IMG/VR virus record: IMGVR_UViG_3300037418_002332
From: a virus
Taxonomy: Duplodnaviria > Caudoviricetes
DNA: 64,000 nt
Direction: 5' to 3' (one strand)
A program made the position numbers and the translations under genes. The notes beneath the pieces were generated by a model. That model was not told the DNA's origin. It did no database searches and saw only the letters and a list, made by a program, of their open reading frames with translations. Shown piece by piece: positions 8,767 through 16,993 of this stretch; within the stretch, counting starts at the first letter, position 1, and each line of letters starts with the position of its first letter.

Positions 8767-9173
8767 TGTTTTACATTTTCAAGGAAATTCCTATTTGGGA
8801 TGTTGCAACAGACCTTGAAAAAATTATTGCCAAATCCCATGTCACAATTTTGGGTGACATGGTACGCATTGATTTAAGCAGTTCTTTAGCGGTTATGTTG
8901 GAAGTAAGAAATTATGTTGGCTATTTTCTTGCTGAAGGTCAACGATGGAAAATTGATTATCATGCCCCCACCACACCAGAATTTGCTCAATTGATGTTTG
9001 GTCGTGGTGATGGAAAGCCGGCATATTATGTCACTGGGGTTTCAGAAAAGAATAAGGAAAAGAAAACTCATTACATTCTGAATGAAACTTTGACCACATT
9101 TGAATTTGAAAATGATTATCAACATATCGTTTTTGAAGATTGGCTAGCAAAGGATATTCCTCTTGAGCGCTGA
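8766..9173 (+). CDS. LEDW-family paralogue 6
   Basis: 'YIFKEI...TDLE' and 'IVFEDWLA'. Confidence 0.65.
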   Translation: MFYIFKEIPIWDVATDLEKIIAKSHVTILGDMVRIDLSSSLAVMLEVRNYVGYFLAEGQRWKIDYHAPTTPEFAQLMFGRGDGKPAYYVTGVSEKNKEKKTHYILNETLTTFEFENDYQHIVFEDWLAKDIPLER

Positions 9174-9561
9174 AGTTAATGTTGAACTTTGCAAATTCAT
9201 ACATCCTGACAGTGCACAGGAATTGATGGAACATCTTTATGATCCATCGAAAATCGTATCAGACGTCGTCAATATGAAATACACTTTGTATATTCCTTGG
9301 CGGACTTTAATCCAAGAATCAGTACAATTGCGTGCTGAACTTCTCATAAAACGTATTGACACGCTTGATTTCGAAAAACTCACTGGTTGGAAAGCTTATA
9401 GAGTTAAAAAGTTTAGTGGTTCATATGAAGAATTTTGCGTAAGGACCAACTACGATGATGAATGGTTTTCTTATAGAACTAGTCAATTGATTACTGTGAG
9501 ATTGAAATATTATTCTGATCTCATTATTGATTTGGAAGATTGGGGCATTTCATGTACATAG
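9163..9561 (+). CDS. LEDW-family paralogue 7
   Basis: 'ELCKFIHPDSAQEL' and 'IDLEDWGI'. Confidence 0.65.
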   Translation: MSAEVNVELCKFIHPDSAQELMEHLYDPSKIVSDVVNMKYTLYIPWRTLIQESVQLRAELLIKRIDTLDFEKLTGWKAYRVKKFSGSYEEFCVRTNYDDEWFSYRTSQLITVRLKYYSDLIIDLEDWGISCT

Positions 9562-9923
9562 TGAAAACAATGGATAGAGAAGCTGCTAGAGAACTCAACA
9601 AATTATTGTATATGGATGTAACATTTTACGATAATGACTCTGACGAAGTTCAGGTGAAAATTCATCATTCTGATATACTCAATCCATTGAATGATGGATT
9701 TCAGCAGTTGATATTCAAACAGAAAATGCCAAATGGTTTGAATATGGATTATGAAATTTCAACACTTTCCGAAGATAACACCTTTGATAATGCTCATTTG
9801 GTATTGCATGACATGGCTGGTGATCCATTAGCCAGCTTTTCTCGTGGTTCGGATTGGAATTGTATAATCCATACAAATAAACATATGATTGAACTTGAAG
9901 ATTGGGTTATTGACGACGCATGA
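9552..9923 (+). CDS. LEDW-family paralogue 8
   Basis: ATG at 9552 (track start 9540); 'YIVKTMDREAAREL' and 'IELEDWVI'. Confidence 0.65.
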   Translation: MYIVKTMDREAARELNKLLYMDVTFYDNDSDEVQVKIHHSDILNPLNDGFQQLIFKQKMPNGLNMDYEISTLSEDNTFDNAHLVLHDMAGDPLASFSRGSDWNCIIHTNKHMIELEDWVIDDA

Positions 9924-10291
9924 GTATTTTCATCTGGAAATACATCGCTGGTGTTAACGTTGAACAATCAAGGGAAATACATAACACATTTCCCTACATG
10001 ATCACAAAATGGAATGAAATGTCATACGATTTGTATTTTGATGATTTGTTGAAACATTGGGATATCTATCTGAAGATGTCAGATGAACCTAGATACATCA
10101 GAAATGTACGCGAAGCTGACAACAAAGATTTAACTGTTGGACATATGTTCATCATTGAGTTTGTTAATCCTTTGTTAAGTGATTTCAAACTTTGGTATGG
10201 TGATGATCATGATTATATTTTGAAATCGAAAAAGACTGGTGAAGTCGTTCACCTTGAAGAATGGTCAATTGGAAATAATATTGAAACATGA
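9920..10291 (+). CDS. LEDW-family paralogue 9
   Basis: ATGA overlap; 'FIWKYI...QSREI' and 'VHLEEWSI'. Confidence 0.65.
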   Translation: MSIFIWKYIAGVNVEQSREIHNTFPYMITKWNEMSYDLYFDDLLKHWDIYLKMSDEPRYIRNVREADNKDLTVGHMFIIEFVNPLLSDFKLWYGDDHDYILKSKKTGEVVHLEEWSIGNNIET

Positions 10292-10707
10292 AACCACAAT
10301 TGTTTCTTCAAAAGACTTTAACTCAATCTCAATATGATGAGTGGACTAGCCATATTCCGGCGAAATATTTCAACAAAATGTATGCAACAAATCCCAATGG
10401 TCAAAGAATAGTTTTGATTGAATTTGAAGTCATTGAATACTGGAAACATTTGATGTTTGGAAATGACGGTTCGAATTCAGTAAAAATTCACATAATAGGG
10501 GAATGGCACTCAATTGTTAAATTTGATATTTTGACTTATCCTGACAAACCAGAAAAATATGGTATCCAAACTCAATTGATGTCTCCACTAGGAGCATATT
10601 CCAATTATTCTCATCATTATCAAGATCAAATGGAATTTAGAAATATCAGATTTTTAATTGGTAACCTAACAATTGAGCTTGATAAATGGAGAATGGTTAT
10701 ATCATGA
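10288..10707 (+). CDS. LEDW-family paralogue 10
   Basis: ATGA overlap; 'LFLQKTLTQSQYDEW' and 'IELDKWRM'. Confidence 0.65.
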   Translation: MKPQLFLQKTLTQSQYDEWTSHIPAKYFNKMYATNPNGQRIVLIEFEVIEYWKHLMFGNDGSNSVKIHIIGEWHSIVKFDILTYPDKPEKYGIQTQLMSPLGAYSNYSHHYQDQMEFRNIRFLIGNLTIELDKWRMVIS

Positions 10708-11120
10708 AACGCATTATCCTAGTCAAAAAGATGAAGTTTTTGACATTTATGATGCTTAGTCGTACTCTTGAAGGTGCAGGTGTCACTTTATCTTCAAATG
10801 AAACTCCAATTGGTTATTCTGATGTCTACATTGATTTTGAAAAACTTTCGAAATATGTCAATCAAAGGGATGAATGCATTTGGTTCGGAACTAGAGTTAT
10901 GGATGGTCTTCCACCAAATTATAATTTTAGAACTGAAGAAGTTACTCATAGAGTATCAAGCGATGGTACCGATAAACTTGGTTGGGATTTAATAAGTAGC
11001 AAAACCGCCAGTCATGGTGTCAGAAAAGAAGTATATGATCCATTGAGAACATATTGCTTTAGAATTGAAGGTCCTGATCGAATAGTTGATCTGGAAGATT
11101 TCACTATAGAACTCAGATAA
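10704..11120 (+). CDS. LEDW-family paralogue 11
   Basis: ATGA overlap gives a start at 10704 (track 10686); 'IILVKKM' and 'VDLEDFTI'. Confidence 0.6.
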   Translation: MKRIILVKKMKFLTFMMLSRTLEGAGVTLSSNETPIGYSDVYIDFEKLSKYVNQRDECIWFGTRVMDGLPPNYNFRTEEVTHRVSSDGTDKLGWDLISSKTASHGVRKEVYDPLRTYCFRIEGPDRIVDLEDFTIELR

Positions 11121-11122
11121 AA

Positions 11123-11129
11123 CTAAATA
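11123..11129 (+). promoter_or_regulatory. T4-type late promoter variant (CTAAATA)
   Basis: CTAAATA followed by the GAGG SD of the 11147 ORF. Confidence 0.45.
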
Positions 11130-11146
11130 ACCATGTAAGAGGAAAA

Positions 11147-11395
11147 ATGCCTAATTATAACTTCTACGATCCTAAAACTCGCAAAACTGTAACTTTGGAA
11201 ATGAAAATTTCCGAGTTAGACACATTTCTCAAAGACAATCCTCATTTACAACAAACTCTTCAACCTATTCCATCAGTTGATCCTCATGCTGTAGGCAGAA
11301 CACGCACAGATTCGCGGTTCAGAGATGTGTTGAAAAAGATAAAGCGAGACCAACCAGGATCTACCATTCGTACTGATAATATAACTGAAATCTAA
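11147..11395 (+). CDS. FmdB-like small protein (Cys-less zinc-ribbon homologue)
   Basis: 'MPNYNFYDPKT' resembles the FmdB 'MPxYxYxC' N-terminus; 'FRDVLKKIK' is typical of T4-like homologues; GAGG SD. Confidence 0.6.
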   Translation: MPNYNFYDPKTRKTVTLEMKISELDTFLKDNPHLQQTLQPIPSVDPHAVGRTRTDSRFRDVLKKIKRDQPGSTIRTDNITEI

Positions 11396-11430
11396 GGGGA
11401 TATCACTGATGGAAATCATAAAGGATTTCC

Positions 11431-12216
11431 ATGTTAAATTCAGATCTAAAACAAAAATCATACCTATCTGATGAGGAAATTGAACAATTCTTCGATACAC
11501 CTAGAAAGGCTCGCAAAGGCAAAAGAAATAAGCAAGAGGCTGCACCTGCTCCTCATTATGGTTTGAAAGAAATTTCCCCGTTGACTAGAACGCAGGCAGA
11601 AATTTTTGAGTCATATTTCAATTCAAATCAAAATATGTTTCTTCATGGTTACGCAGGCACTGGTAAATCCTTTATATCCTTGTATTTGCTCATGTCGCAA
11701 ATGATGAATGATTCCTCATTCAAGAAGTTGAAAATTGTTAGATCAACTGTTCCAAGTCGTGACCAAGGTTTCTTGCCTGGTTCCGCTGCTGAAAAAGCGA
11801 AGATTTATGAAGCTCCTTACCAAGCAATCTTCACTGAATTGTTTGGTCGTTCCGATGCCTACGATTATTTCAAACGTCGTGGTTTGGTAGAATTTGAAAG
11901 CACTTCATATCTTCGTGGTACAACTTGGAATGATACGCTGGTTTTGTTTGATGAATTTCAAAACACCAGTTATAATGAAGCTATGACAGTTTTGACCAGA
12001 ATCGGTGACAACTGCCGTATCATTGTTTCCGGTGACTTCCATCAAACTGACTTGAAACGTGATGACGAAAAACGTGGTATCCTTGATATCATCAAAATTT
12101 TGAAGAAAGTCAATCTTGTTGATTTCTTTGAATTCAAGAAAGAAGACATTGTAAGAAGTGGGTTCGTTCGTGAACTCATCCTAGCTGAGGCGAAATATAA
12201 ATTTGAGAAGTCTTAA
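11431..12216 (+). CDS. phoH: PhoH-like ATPase
   Basis: Walker A 'GYAGTGKS', 'GFLPGS...K...Y', 'YLRGTTW', Walker B 'LFDEFQN' and 'GDFHQTDL'. Confidence 0.93.
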   Translation: MLNSDLKQKSYLSDEEIEQFFDTPRKARKGKRNKQEAAPAPHYGLKEISPLTRTQAEIFESYFNSNQNMFLHGYAGTGKSFISLYLLMSQMMNDSSFKKLKIVRSTVPSRDQGFLPGSAAEKAKIYEAPYQAIFTELFGRSDAYDYFKRRGLVEFESTSYLRGTTWNDTLVLFDEFQNTSYNEAMTVLTRIGDNCRIIVSGDFHQTDLKRDDEKRGILDIIKILKKVNLVDFFEFKKEDIVRSGFVRELILAEAKYKFEKS

Positions 12217-12889
12217 TCAGACCATACAACGTGACTTCCCTAGAGTGGAGTTGGAGCAAAAGGTTATAACCGAAGTTTCAACTCCACGCGGAAGATATTA
12301 TGAAACACCTGCCGGTTGTTTCCCATCCGTGACTAATGTTCTTTCATCTAAGGACAATCCTGAGCTGGATGCATGGCGACAAAGGGTTGGTGATGAGGAA
12401 GCTGATCGAATCAGTCGAGAAGCAACCAATCGTGGGTCACGTATGCATGATCTATTCGAATCATATTTGCGGGGGAAGGAGATTTCTTTCCCCCATCCCA
12501 CAATTAAGGAACATTTTCTTCAAGTCAAAAAAGAACTCGACAAAATCGAGTTGATCTACGCAAATGAAATTCCACTCTATAGCAAATATCTGAAGGTCGC
12601 TGGACGTTGCGATTGCATTGGTGTGGTAGACGGTATCATCAAAATCATCGACTTCAAAACATCCAAACACTTCAAGGTTTTTGAGCAGATTGAAAGCTAT
12701 CGTATGCAATGTGCAGCATATGCTTTCATGGCTAACGAAATATATGACTTGAAAATAAATAAGTTTTCAGTTATAATAACGAATCTTTACGAAAACGCAT
12801 CCACGGTTTTTGAGGGTGACGCTCGTGAATCAATCAAAGCTTTTTGGGAATTAAGACAAAAATGGGATATGATTTCAACCAATTCTTGA
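12203..12889 (+). CDS. PD-(D/E)XK exonuclease (T4-like phage exonuclease, Cas4-related fold)
   Basis: 'RYYETP', 'PSVTNVL', 'RGSRMHDLFESYL', 'AGRCDCI', 'IIDFKTS' and 'QCAAYA' motifs; sits next to phoH as in other T4-like phages. Confidence 0.88.
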   Translation: MRSLNQTIQRDFPRVELEQKVITEVSTPRGRYYETPAGCFPSVTNVLSSKDNPELDAWRQRVGDEEADRISREATNRGSRMHDLFESYLRGKEISFPHPTIKEHFLQVKKELDKIELIYANEIPLYSKYLKVAGRCDCIGVVDGIIKIIDFKTSKHFKVFEQIESYRMQCAAYAFMANEIYDLKINKFSVIITNLYENASTVFEGDARESIKAFWELRQKWDMISTNS

Positions 12890-13152
12890 AAAGATATGTT
12901 TACATCATAGACATAGATAGATACGATGACGAAAAGGACAGAATGTTCTTGAATAAAATCGAAGAAGTGGTAAACAAGTTCTTCGGTGAACCAGTTGTCA
13001 ATCTGATCGTATTACCATCACCACGTGAGGATGTATCTTCGAAAAACATATATGCTGTATATGATAATGAGGAGCATCCTTTTGATGATGGTTTTGTGGC
13101 TGATGTCGTTAAGAAAACGATAAAGGCATTTGGAGTGAAAATAGGAGACTAG
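12886..13152 (+). CDS. hypothetical protein
   Basis: TTGA overlap with the exonuclease stop suggests a start at 12886 (track 12844). Confidence 0.55.
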   Translation: MKRYVYIIDIDRYDDEKDRMFLNKIEEVVNKFFGEPVVNLIVLPSPREDVSSKNIYAVYDNEEHPFDDGFVADVVKKTIKAFGVKIGD

Positions 13153-13296
13153 ATGAATAACACGCGAATATTCAATGATAAAAATGTGACTAAGCTTGAT
13201 GCATTCTTGGAGTATCTCTTTTCTCACAAGACTGCTTACACGGTACAAGCTAAAAAAGAGAATGGTGAAATGATTTTTGTAATAAGGTATGAGTAA
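13153..13296 (+). CDS. small hypothetical protein (47 aa), not in the track
   Basis: AGGAG SD at 13143-13147, ATG at 13153; MNNTRIFNDKNVTKLDAFLEYLFSHKTAYTVQAKKENGEMIFVIRYE; TAATG coupling to the next gene. Confidence 0.6.
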   Translation: MNNTRIFNDKNVTKLDAFLEYLFSHKTAYTVQAKKENGEMIFVIRYE

Positions 13297-13523
13297 TGGC
13301 AAAAATTTACGATCGGTATTTCATTCAAATCAAGAAAACTTCCAAACCAACTTTGGTCAAGAAGAGGAAAGAGTTTATGGAATTGCTTCTTAAAACTCTC
13401 AGTGACGATGCTGAGGCTCAACTTGATCTATTGAATAAATTTGGGACGAGTGTCGTTGCCAAAACGGCGAATGGCAGCGACGTTAGTGTGATTGTGGACG
13501 GCGAGAGAACTTTTAAGATTTAG
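13296..13523 (+). CDS. hypothetical protein
   Basis: 75-aa coupled ORF; its stop overlaps the gp16 stop on the opposite strand. Confidence 0.55.
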   Translation: MAKIYDRYFIQIKKTSKPTLVKKRKEFMELLLKTLSDDAEAQLDLLNKFGTSVVAKTANGSDVSVIVDGERTFKI

Positions 13524-13981
13524 TTCCCTTGGTGCTTCCTAATCCAATCATGTAAATCTGAGGTTGTGCCGGTGAAAATGGCTTTATCAATGTTCACGTT
13601 TCCGGCACCCTCTGATTTGACTTTGGTGTGGTATCTTTTCTTCTCTGAATAAATTTCCAAAAGTTGTTTGTTAGCATTTAACAGCGTTGTTGACATTTGA
13701 GCCAATGCTGAGAAGTGGCTTGCCTTTTCTGAATCTTGAGCAATCAATGAAAGCTTTTGAACACCATCAGCAATTTCAGTTATGAGGTCTTTCAGTGATT
13801 CACGAATTTCCTCAAAATCATCATTGAAACGGTCATCCATTCCTTCATCTGGATTGAAGACCATATCATAATTTTGCTTAACGGTTTGTAAATTCTTTTG
13901 AGCTTGTGTAACAATGTTATTCGTCTTGTTCACTTGCTTTTGTTCTTCTATTTCGAAGATATCATCTAAATGTTTCGCCAT
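13520..13981 (-). CDS. gp16: terminase small subunit
   Basis: Follows gp15; helical core 'DDFEEIRESLKDL...NANKQLL' and C-terminal 'NIDKAIFTGTTSDL' fit cyanophage-type gp16. Confidence 0.82.
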   Translation of the reverse strand: MAKHLDDIFEIEEQKQVNKTNNIVTQAQKNLQTVKQNYDMVFNPDEGMDDRFNDDFEEIRESLKDLITEIADGVQKLSLIAQDSEKASHFSALAQMSTTLLNANKQLLEIYSEKKRYHTKVKSEGAGNVNIDKAIFTGTTSDLHDWIRKHQGN

Positions 13982-14853
13982 TACTTGTCAGTTCCTGATA
14001 CTGGGTCATATTTCTTTCCATCATCAAACACTTCAATCGTTTCAATCAAAGCATATGGATCATCACGATTAATTTCACTAACTGGAATTGAATCACCCAA
14101 CACTGTGGTTGGTGTCCCATTTGCAGTCAATCCTGGTTGTACTGTAATTCTGGTATCACGACCAAATTTATCAACTTCATCACCAGTCACTGGACCGTTT
14201 CCTGGAACTGAAATCAAGTCAACAATAGCTCTCTTGATAACACCTTGACTTGAAATTGGACCAAAGAAATAAGCTGCCATTCTGAATTGAAGTGTCCAAT
14301 TGATAAATCTTGGTTCTTCAACACCACCTTGATATTCATCATTTTTGTCGATATTGGTCAATTCAACCATGGAGTCAAATCTCAAATCCATTTCTGGGAT
14401 AACAATAACCGTTGGTGTGAATGAAGGTCTGAAAAATGGAATGATTTGTCCAATTATTTGATGGGCATCATCAGTTGTCTTTGTGTAAATTTGAAGTGTA
14501 AAATCAAAGTTGTAAGGAATTTCAGCATATTGAACTTTCATCACATTTGAATTCAACACTTTGACGTTTTTTTGAATTGGATTGACTGCGCGTTCCCGAG
14601 CAAACTCAATGTTGGTCAATTCATAAGCCATTCTTGGGAGTTGAGTTTGGACTTTGGTGGTGATCGGATTCTTTTCATCCAAAGCAACAAACTTGGATGC
14701 ACCTGCGATTTGACAAGGCACTGGAATAACTTGAAGTTTTGTGCCTGTTGCATCCACTCTATGGATGTATATGTCATTGAACATATTACCAAAGACTGTT
14801 GAATATTTTCGAATTATGTCGTTGTTGAAGAACTCAACTCCAAGCATTACCAC
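13981..14853 (-). CDS. gp15: tail sheath stabiliser / tail terminator
   Basis: 'IIRKYSTVFGNMFNDI', 'LPRMAYE', 'PYNFDFTLQI' and 'QIIGQIIPFF' motifs; synteny. Confidence 0.92.
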   Translation of the reverse strand: MVMLGVEFFNNDIIRKYSTVFGNMFNDIYIHRVDATGTKLQVIPVPCQIAGASKFVALDEKNPITTKVQTQLPRMAYELTNIEFARERAVNPIQKNVKVLNSNVMKVQYAEIPYNFDFTLQIYTKTTDDAHQIIGQIIPFFRPSFTPTVIVIPEMDLRFDSMVELTNIDKNDEYQGGVEEPRFINWTLQFRMAAYFFGPISSQGVIKRAIVDLISVPGNGPVTGDEVDKFGRDTRITVQPGLTANGTPTTVLGDSIPVSEINRDDPYALIETIEVFDDGKKYDPVSGTDK

Positions 14854-15692
14854 TTCCCTCTATTGATAAATGGTGATTGATCAGAATAATCAATGAGCAC
14901 TTCACCATTCTTTTGCAACAATTCATTATCAGCTTGACTATCTTTGTCTTCAATCACGTTGTTTTCTTCAACCAACACATCATTGCCTGATTGATCTTCA
15001 ATTGGGTCTCCATCTTCATCATCAAGAGCCTTTGGAAGTTGATCAGTGCTTAACAAAGTATTAAATGCATCAATTGCATCATCACCAGTATCAAATTCTT
15101 CGTTGTTGTAACGGAACAACTCGCACTTCAAATCATATGTAAGTAGAGTGCCAAGCGGATGGAACAAGTTTTCATGTTCTACGAATAGAATTTCAAAAAT
15201 TTTATCAACCATAGGCATGTAAATCAAGTCGCCAGCCTTCGGAAATGATGCTTCAACTGAATAATCACCACCAGGACCGTTTTCTTCAGTCAGCGTTACA
15301 GTTTCATAAGGTGTCCAATCAGGTGATTCAGCAGGTTCAATTGGATTACCATATTCATCCAACACTTTTTCTTCATTTGATTCACGCCAACGACGTCTTG
15401 AAACTGTGAAAGTAATTTGATCACGTTGTTCTTCACCAAACATGGTCATGATTTCATTCTGACCTTCATAGTTATCATATGATTTGACGTAAACTTCAAT
15501 TTCAAACGCATAATTGAATTTGGCAAATGTATCATCACCAAAAAGTGGATCACGTTCGAACTGTTCTCTTGGTATATAACGAATGAACATGCCATTCATT
15601 CTGATTGCTTGAATGATCAAATCCTCAATCAACTTTTGTCGAGGCTTGAAAAAGTAGTTGTTAACGAACGGATTTGGTGATTTTTCAACCAT
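14847..15692 (-). CDS. gp14: neck protein
   Basis: 'YIPRE...LFGDD', 'IEVY', 'GDLIYMP', 'FEILFVEHE' and 'YDLKCELFRY' motifs; synteny. Confidence 0.92.
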   Translation of the reverse strand: MVEKSPNPFVNNYFFKPRQKLIEDLIIQAIRMNGMFIRYIPREQFERDPLFGDDTFAKFNYAFEIEVYVKSYDNYEGQNEIMTMFGEEQRDQITFTVSRRRWRESNEEKVLDEYGNPIEPAESPDWTPYETVTLTEENGPGGDYSVEASFPKAGDLIYMPMVDKIFEILFVEHENLFHPLGTLLTYDLKCELFRYNNEEFDTGDDAIDAFNTLLSTDQLPKALDDEDGDPIEDQSGNDVLVEENNVIEDKDSQADNELLQKNGEVLIDYSDQSPFINRGKW

Positions 15693-16444
15693 TAAGCGAT
15701 TTCATCCAATACTGGGAAGTTGCCTGTTGAGATGAGCTTTTCTTCAAGCTTATCAATTTCATCAATAGCTTCTGAATACATCGTTTGAGCATCTAAAGTG
15801 ACACCATTCAACAATGGAATGTTTGAATACAACTTCAGATTTTCTGCCCACTGACGTTTCATCAACGCAGTTGCATATCTCTTCAACCAACGATCTTGCC
15901 AGATAGAAGCATATTGATTAGGGTCAAGGAAAGCTTCAGTTTCAAAGATGATTTTATTACCTAGAACCATGATCTGTTGACCAGCTGCACCGTAAATTTC
16001 AACAGTGTTGGTAATCTTGCTGAAACGAATTGACGGAGTAGTGTTGAATAGGAAATTGATATCCGCCAATCTTGTCATAGCCACGTAATATGGAATGAGT
16101 GTGTAAGAAACATTATGATTCATGTTGTAAAATTCATCGCGGAGATACTGATAACGATCAGACATCCAACTAGAGTCAAAGTAACCAACAGGTGGCAGAA
16201 TGTTGGATACAGTCATGATAGTTTCCGGCAAATGGATTTTACCAGTGTCGATGTCTTCTTGAGTTATGGTATGAATATAGAGTGACTTTTCTGAACCGAG
16301 ATAGTGATAATCTCGATAAAAAGCTAATGCATCGTCTATTCTATCCATTGCTTGTTCATTCTCAACGTTGACTTGGATTACAGGCCATCCTAGACGACGG
16401 AAAATGTATGCTTTGAATTCTGCTTTTGATCTTGGTTCTGCCAT
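15692..16444 (-). CDS. gp13: neck protein
   Basis: 'YIFRRLGWPVIQVNV', 'WLKRYATAL' and 'GVTLDAQ' motifs; synteny. Confidence 0.93.
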   Translation of the reverse strand: MAEPRSKAEFKAYIFRRLGWPVIQVNVENEQAMDRIDDALAFYRDYHYLGSEKSLYIHTITQEDIDTGKIHLPETIMTVSNILPPVGYFDSSWMSDRYQYLRDEFYNMNHNVSYTLIPYYVAMTRLADINFLFNTTPSIRFSKITNTVEIYGAAGQQIMVLGNKIIFETEAFLDPNQYASIWQDRWLKRYATALMKRQWAENLKLYSNIPLLNGVTLDAQTMYSEAIDEIDKLEEKLISTGNFPVLDEIA

Positions 16445-16466
16445 GGAATTTCCTCTGGTTTATTCA

Positions 16467-16474
16467 TATTTATT
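16467..16474 (-). promoter_or_regulatory. T4-type late promoter (AATAAATA)
   Basis: AATAAATA on the - strand about 22 nt upstream of the gp13 ATG. Confidence 0.55.
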
Positions 16475-16522
16475 CCCTAAAGAAAAACAATCTTCCTTTA
16501 AAAATTTAGCTTTGGATAACTC

Positions 16523-16551
16523 TTGACTTCAAGCGTAGTTAAGCGCAAGCT
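16523..16551 (+). promoter_or_regulatory. sigma70-like promoter for the peptide gene
   Basis: TTGACT (16523-16528), 17-nt spacer, CAAGCT; shares 'CTCTTGACTT' with the promoter at 16842. Confidence 0.45.
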
Positions 16552-16586
16552 AATAATGCGAGGGGATTTAGAGGGAGTACCTGAAA

Positions 16587-16736
16587 ATGAAAGCAATATG
16601 CGCTCTGTGCGTAGCCATTTTCATGGCTGCGATTCAACCTCAAGCATCTCGAGCATGCACTGATCAATCCATGTGTGATGGGTTTCTTGGCGGCGGAAAT
16701 AACCAAAACCATAATTCTGCTGGCAATCACAATTAG
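16587..16736 (+). CDS. 49-aa putative secreted peptide with a Sec signal sequence, not in the track
   Basis: GAGGGAG SD at 16571-16577; MKAICALCVAIFMAAIQPQASRA|CTDQSMCDGFLGGGNNQNHNSAGNHN shows n-, h- and c-regions with an S-R-A cleavage site; flanked by a promoter and hairpins. Confidence 0.65.
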   Translation: MKAICALCVAIFMAAIQPQASRACTDQSMCDGFLGGGNNQNHNSAGNHN

Positions 16737-16786
16737 TTGAAGATTTGCTTCAAAGGTGAGAGCGGGTTGGGGATCTTTGGAGCAAA

Positions 16787-16829
16787 AAGGTGGTGGCCCA
16801 GGTGTGACCGCGTCGGGCCACCACTTTCT
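16787..16829 (+). terminator. intrinsic terminator (possibly bidirectional)
   Basis: GTGGTGGCCC (16790-16799) / GGGCCACCAC (16815-16824) is a perfect 10-bp stem, with an A-run before and TTTCT after. Confidence 0.7.
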
Positions 16830-16841
16830 AGAAGAAACCTC

Positions 16842-16870
16842 TTGACTTTATCTAAAATTTTAGGCATAGT
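16842..16870 (+). promoter_or_regulatory. sigma70 promoter, alphaproteobacterial type
   Basis: (C)TTGACT at 16842-16847, exact 17-nt spacer, CATAGT at 16865-16870. Confidence 0.65.
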
Positions 16871-16875
16871 GGTGT

Positions 16876-16993
16876 TGTTCTGGAGCTTGCCTAGCCTCTC
16901 CCTTCTGTTCCATGGGATGGGTGAGTTCTGGAAACCCACCGCGAGTCCGCCACTCCCCCCTTCGGTTAGGATCGCGGTGGGTTCTTCATTTTT
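16876..16993 (+). ncRNA. candidate ~118-nt trans-acting sRNA with anti-Shine-Dalgarno loops
   Basis: Directly follows the promoter. Stem 1 is 16882-16893/16918-16929 (G-U rich) around CCUCUCCCUUCU. Stem 2 is a perfect 12-bp 16933-16944/16972-16983 around ACUCCCCCCUU. A U-tract follows. Confidence 0.55.

Noticed and set aside
12203-12889. Exonuclease as evidence of a CRISPR-Cas system
   Set aside because: This Cas4-related PD-(D/E)XK nuclease is a common T4-like gene beside phoH; no other cas genes or array were seen.
13510-13516. 7-nt inverted match (CTTTTAA here, TTAAAAG at 51080-51086) as an invertase site
   Set aside because: Too short and AT-rich to be significant; no recombinase was recognised in the window.
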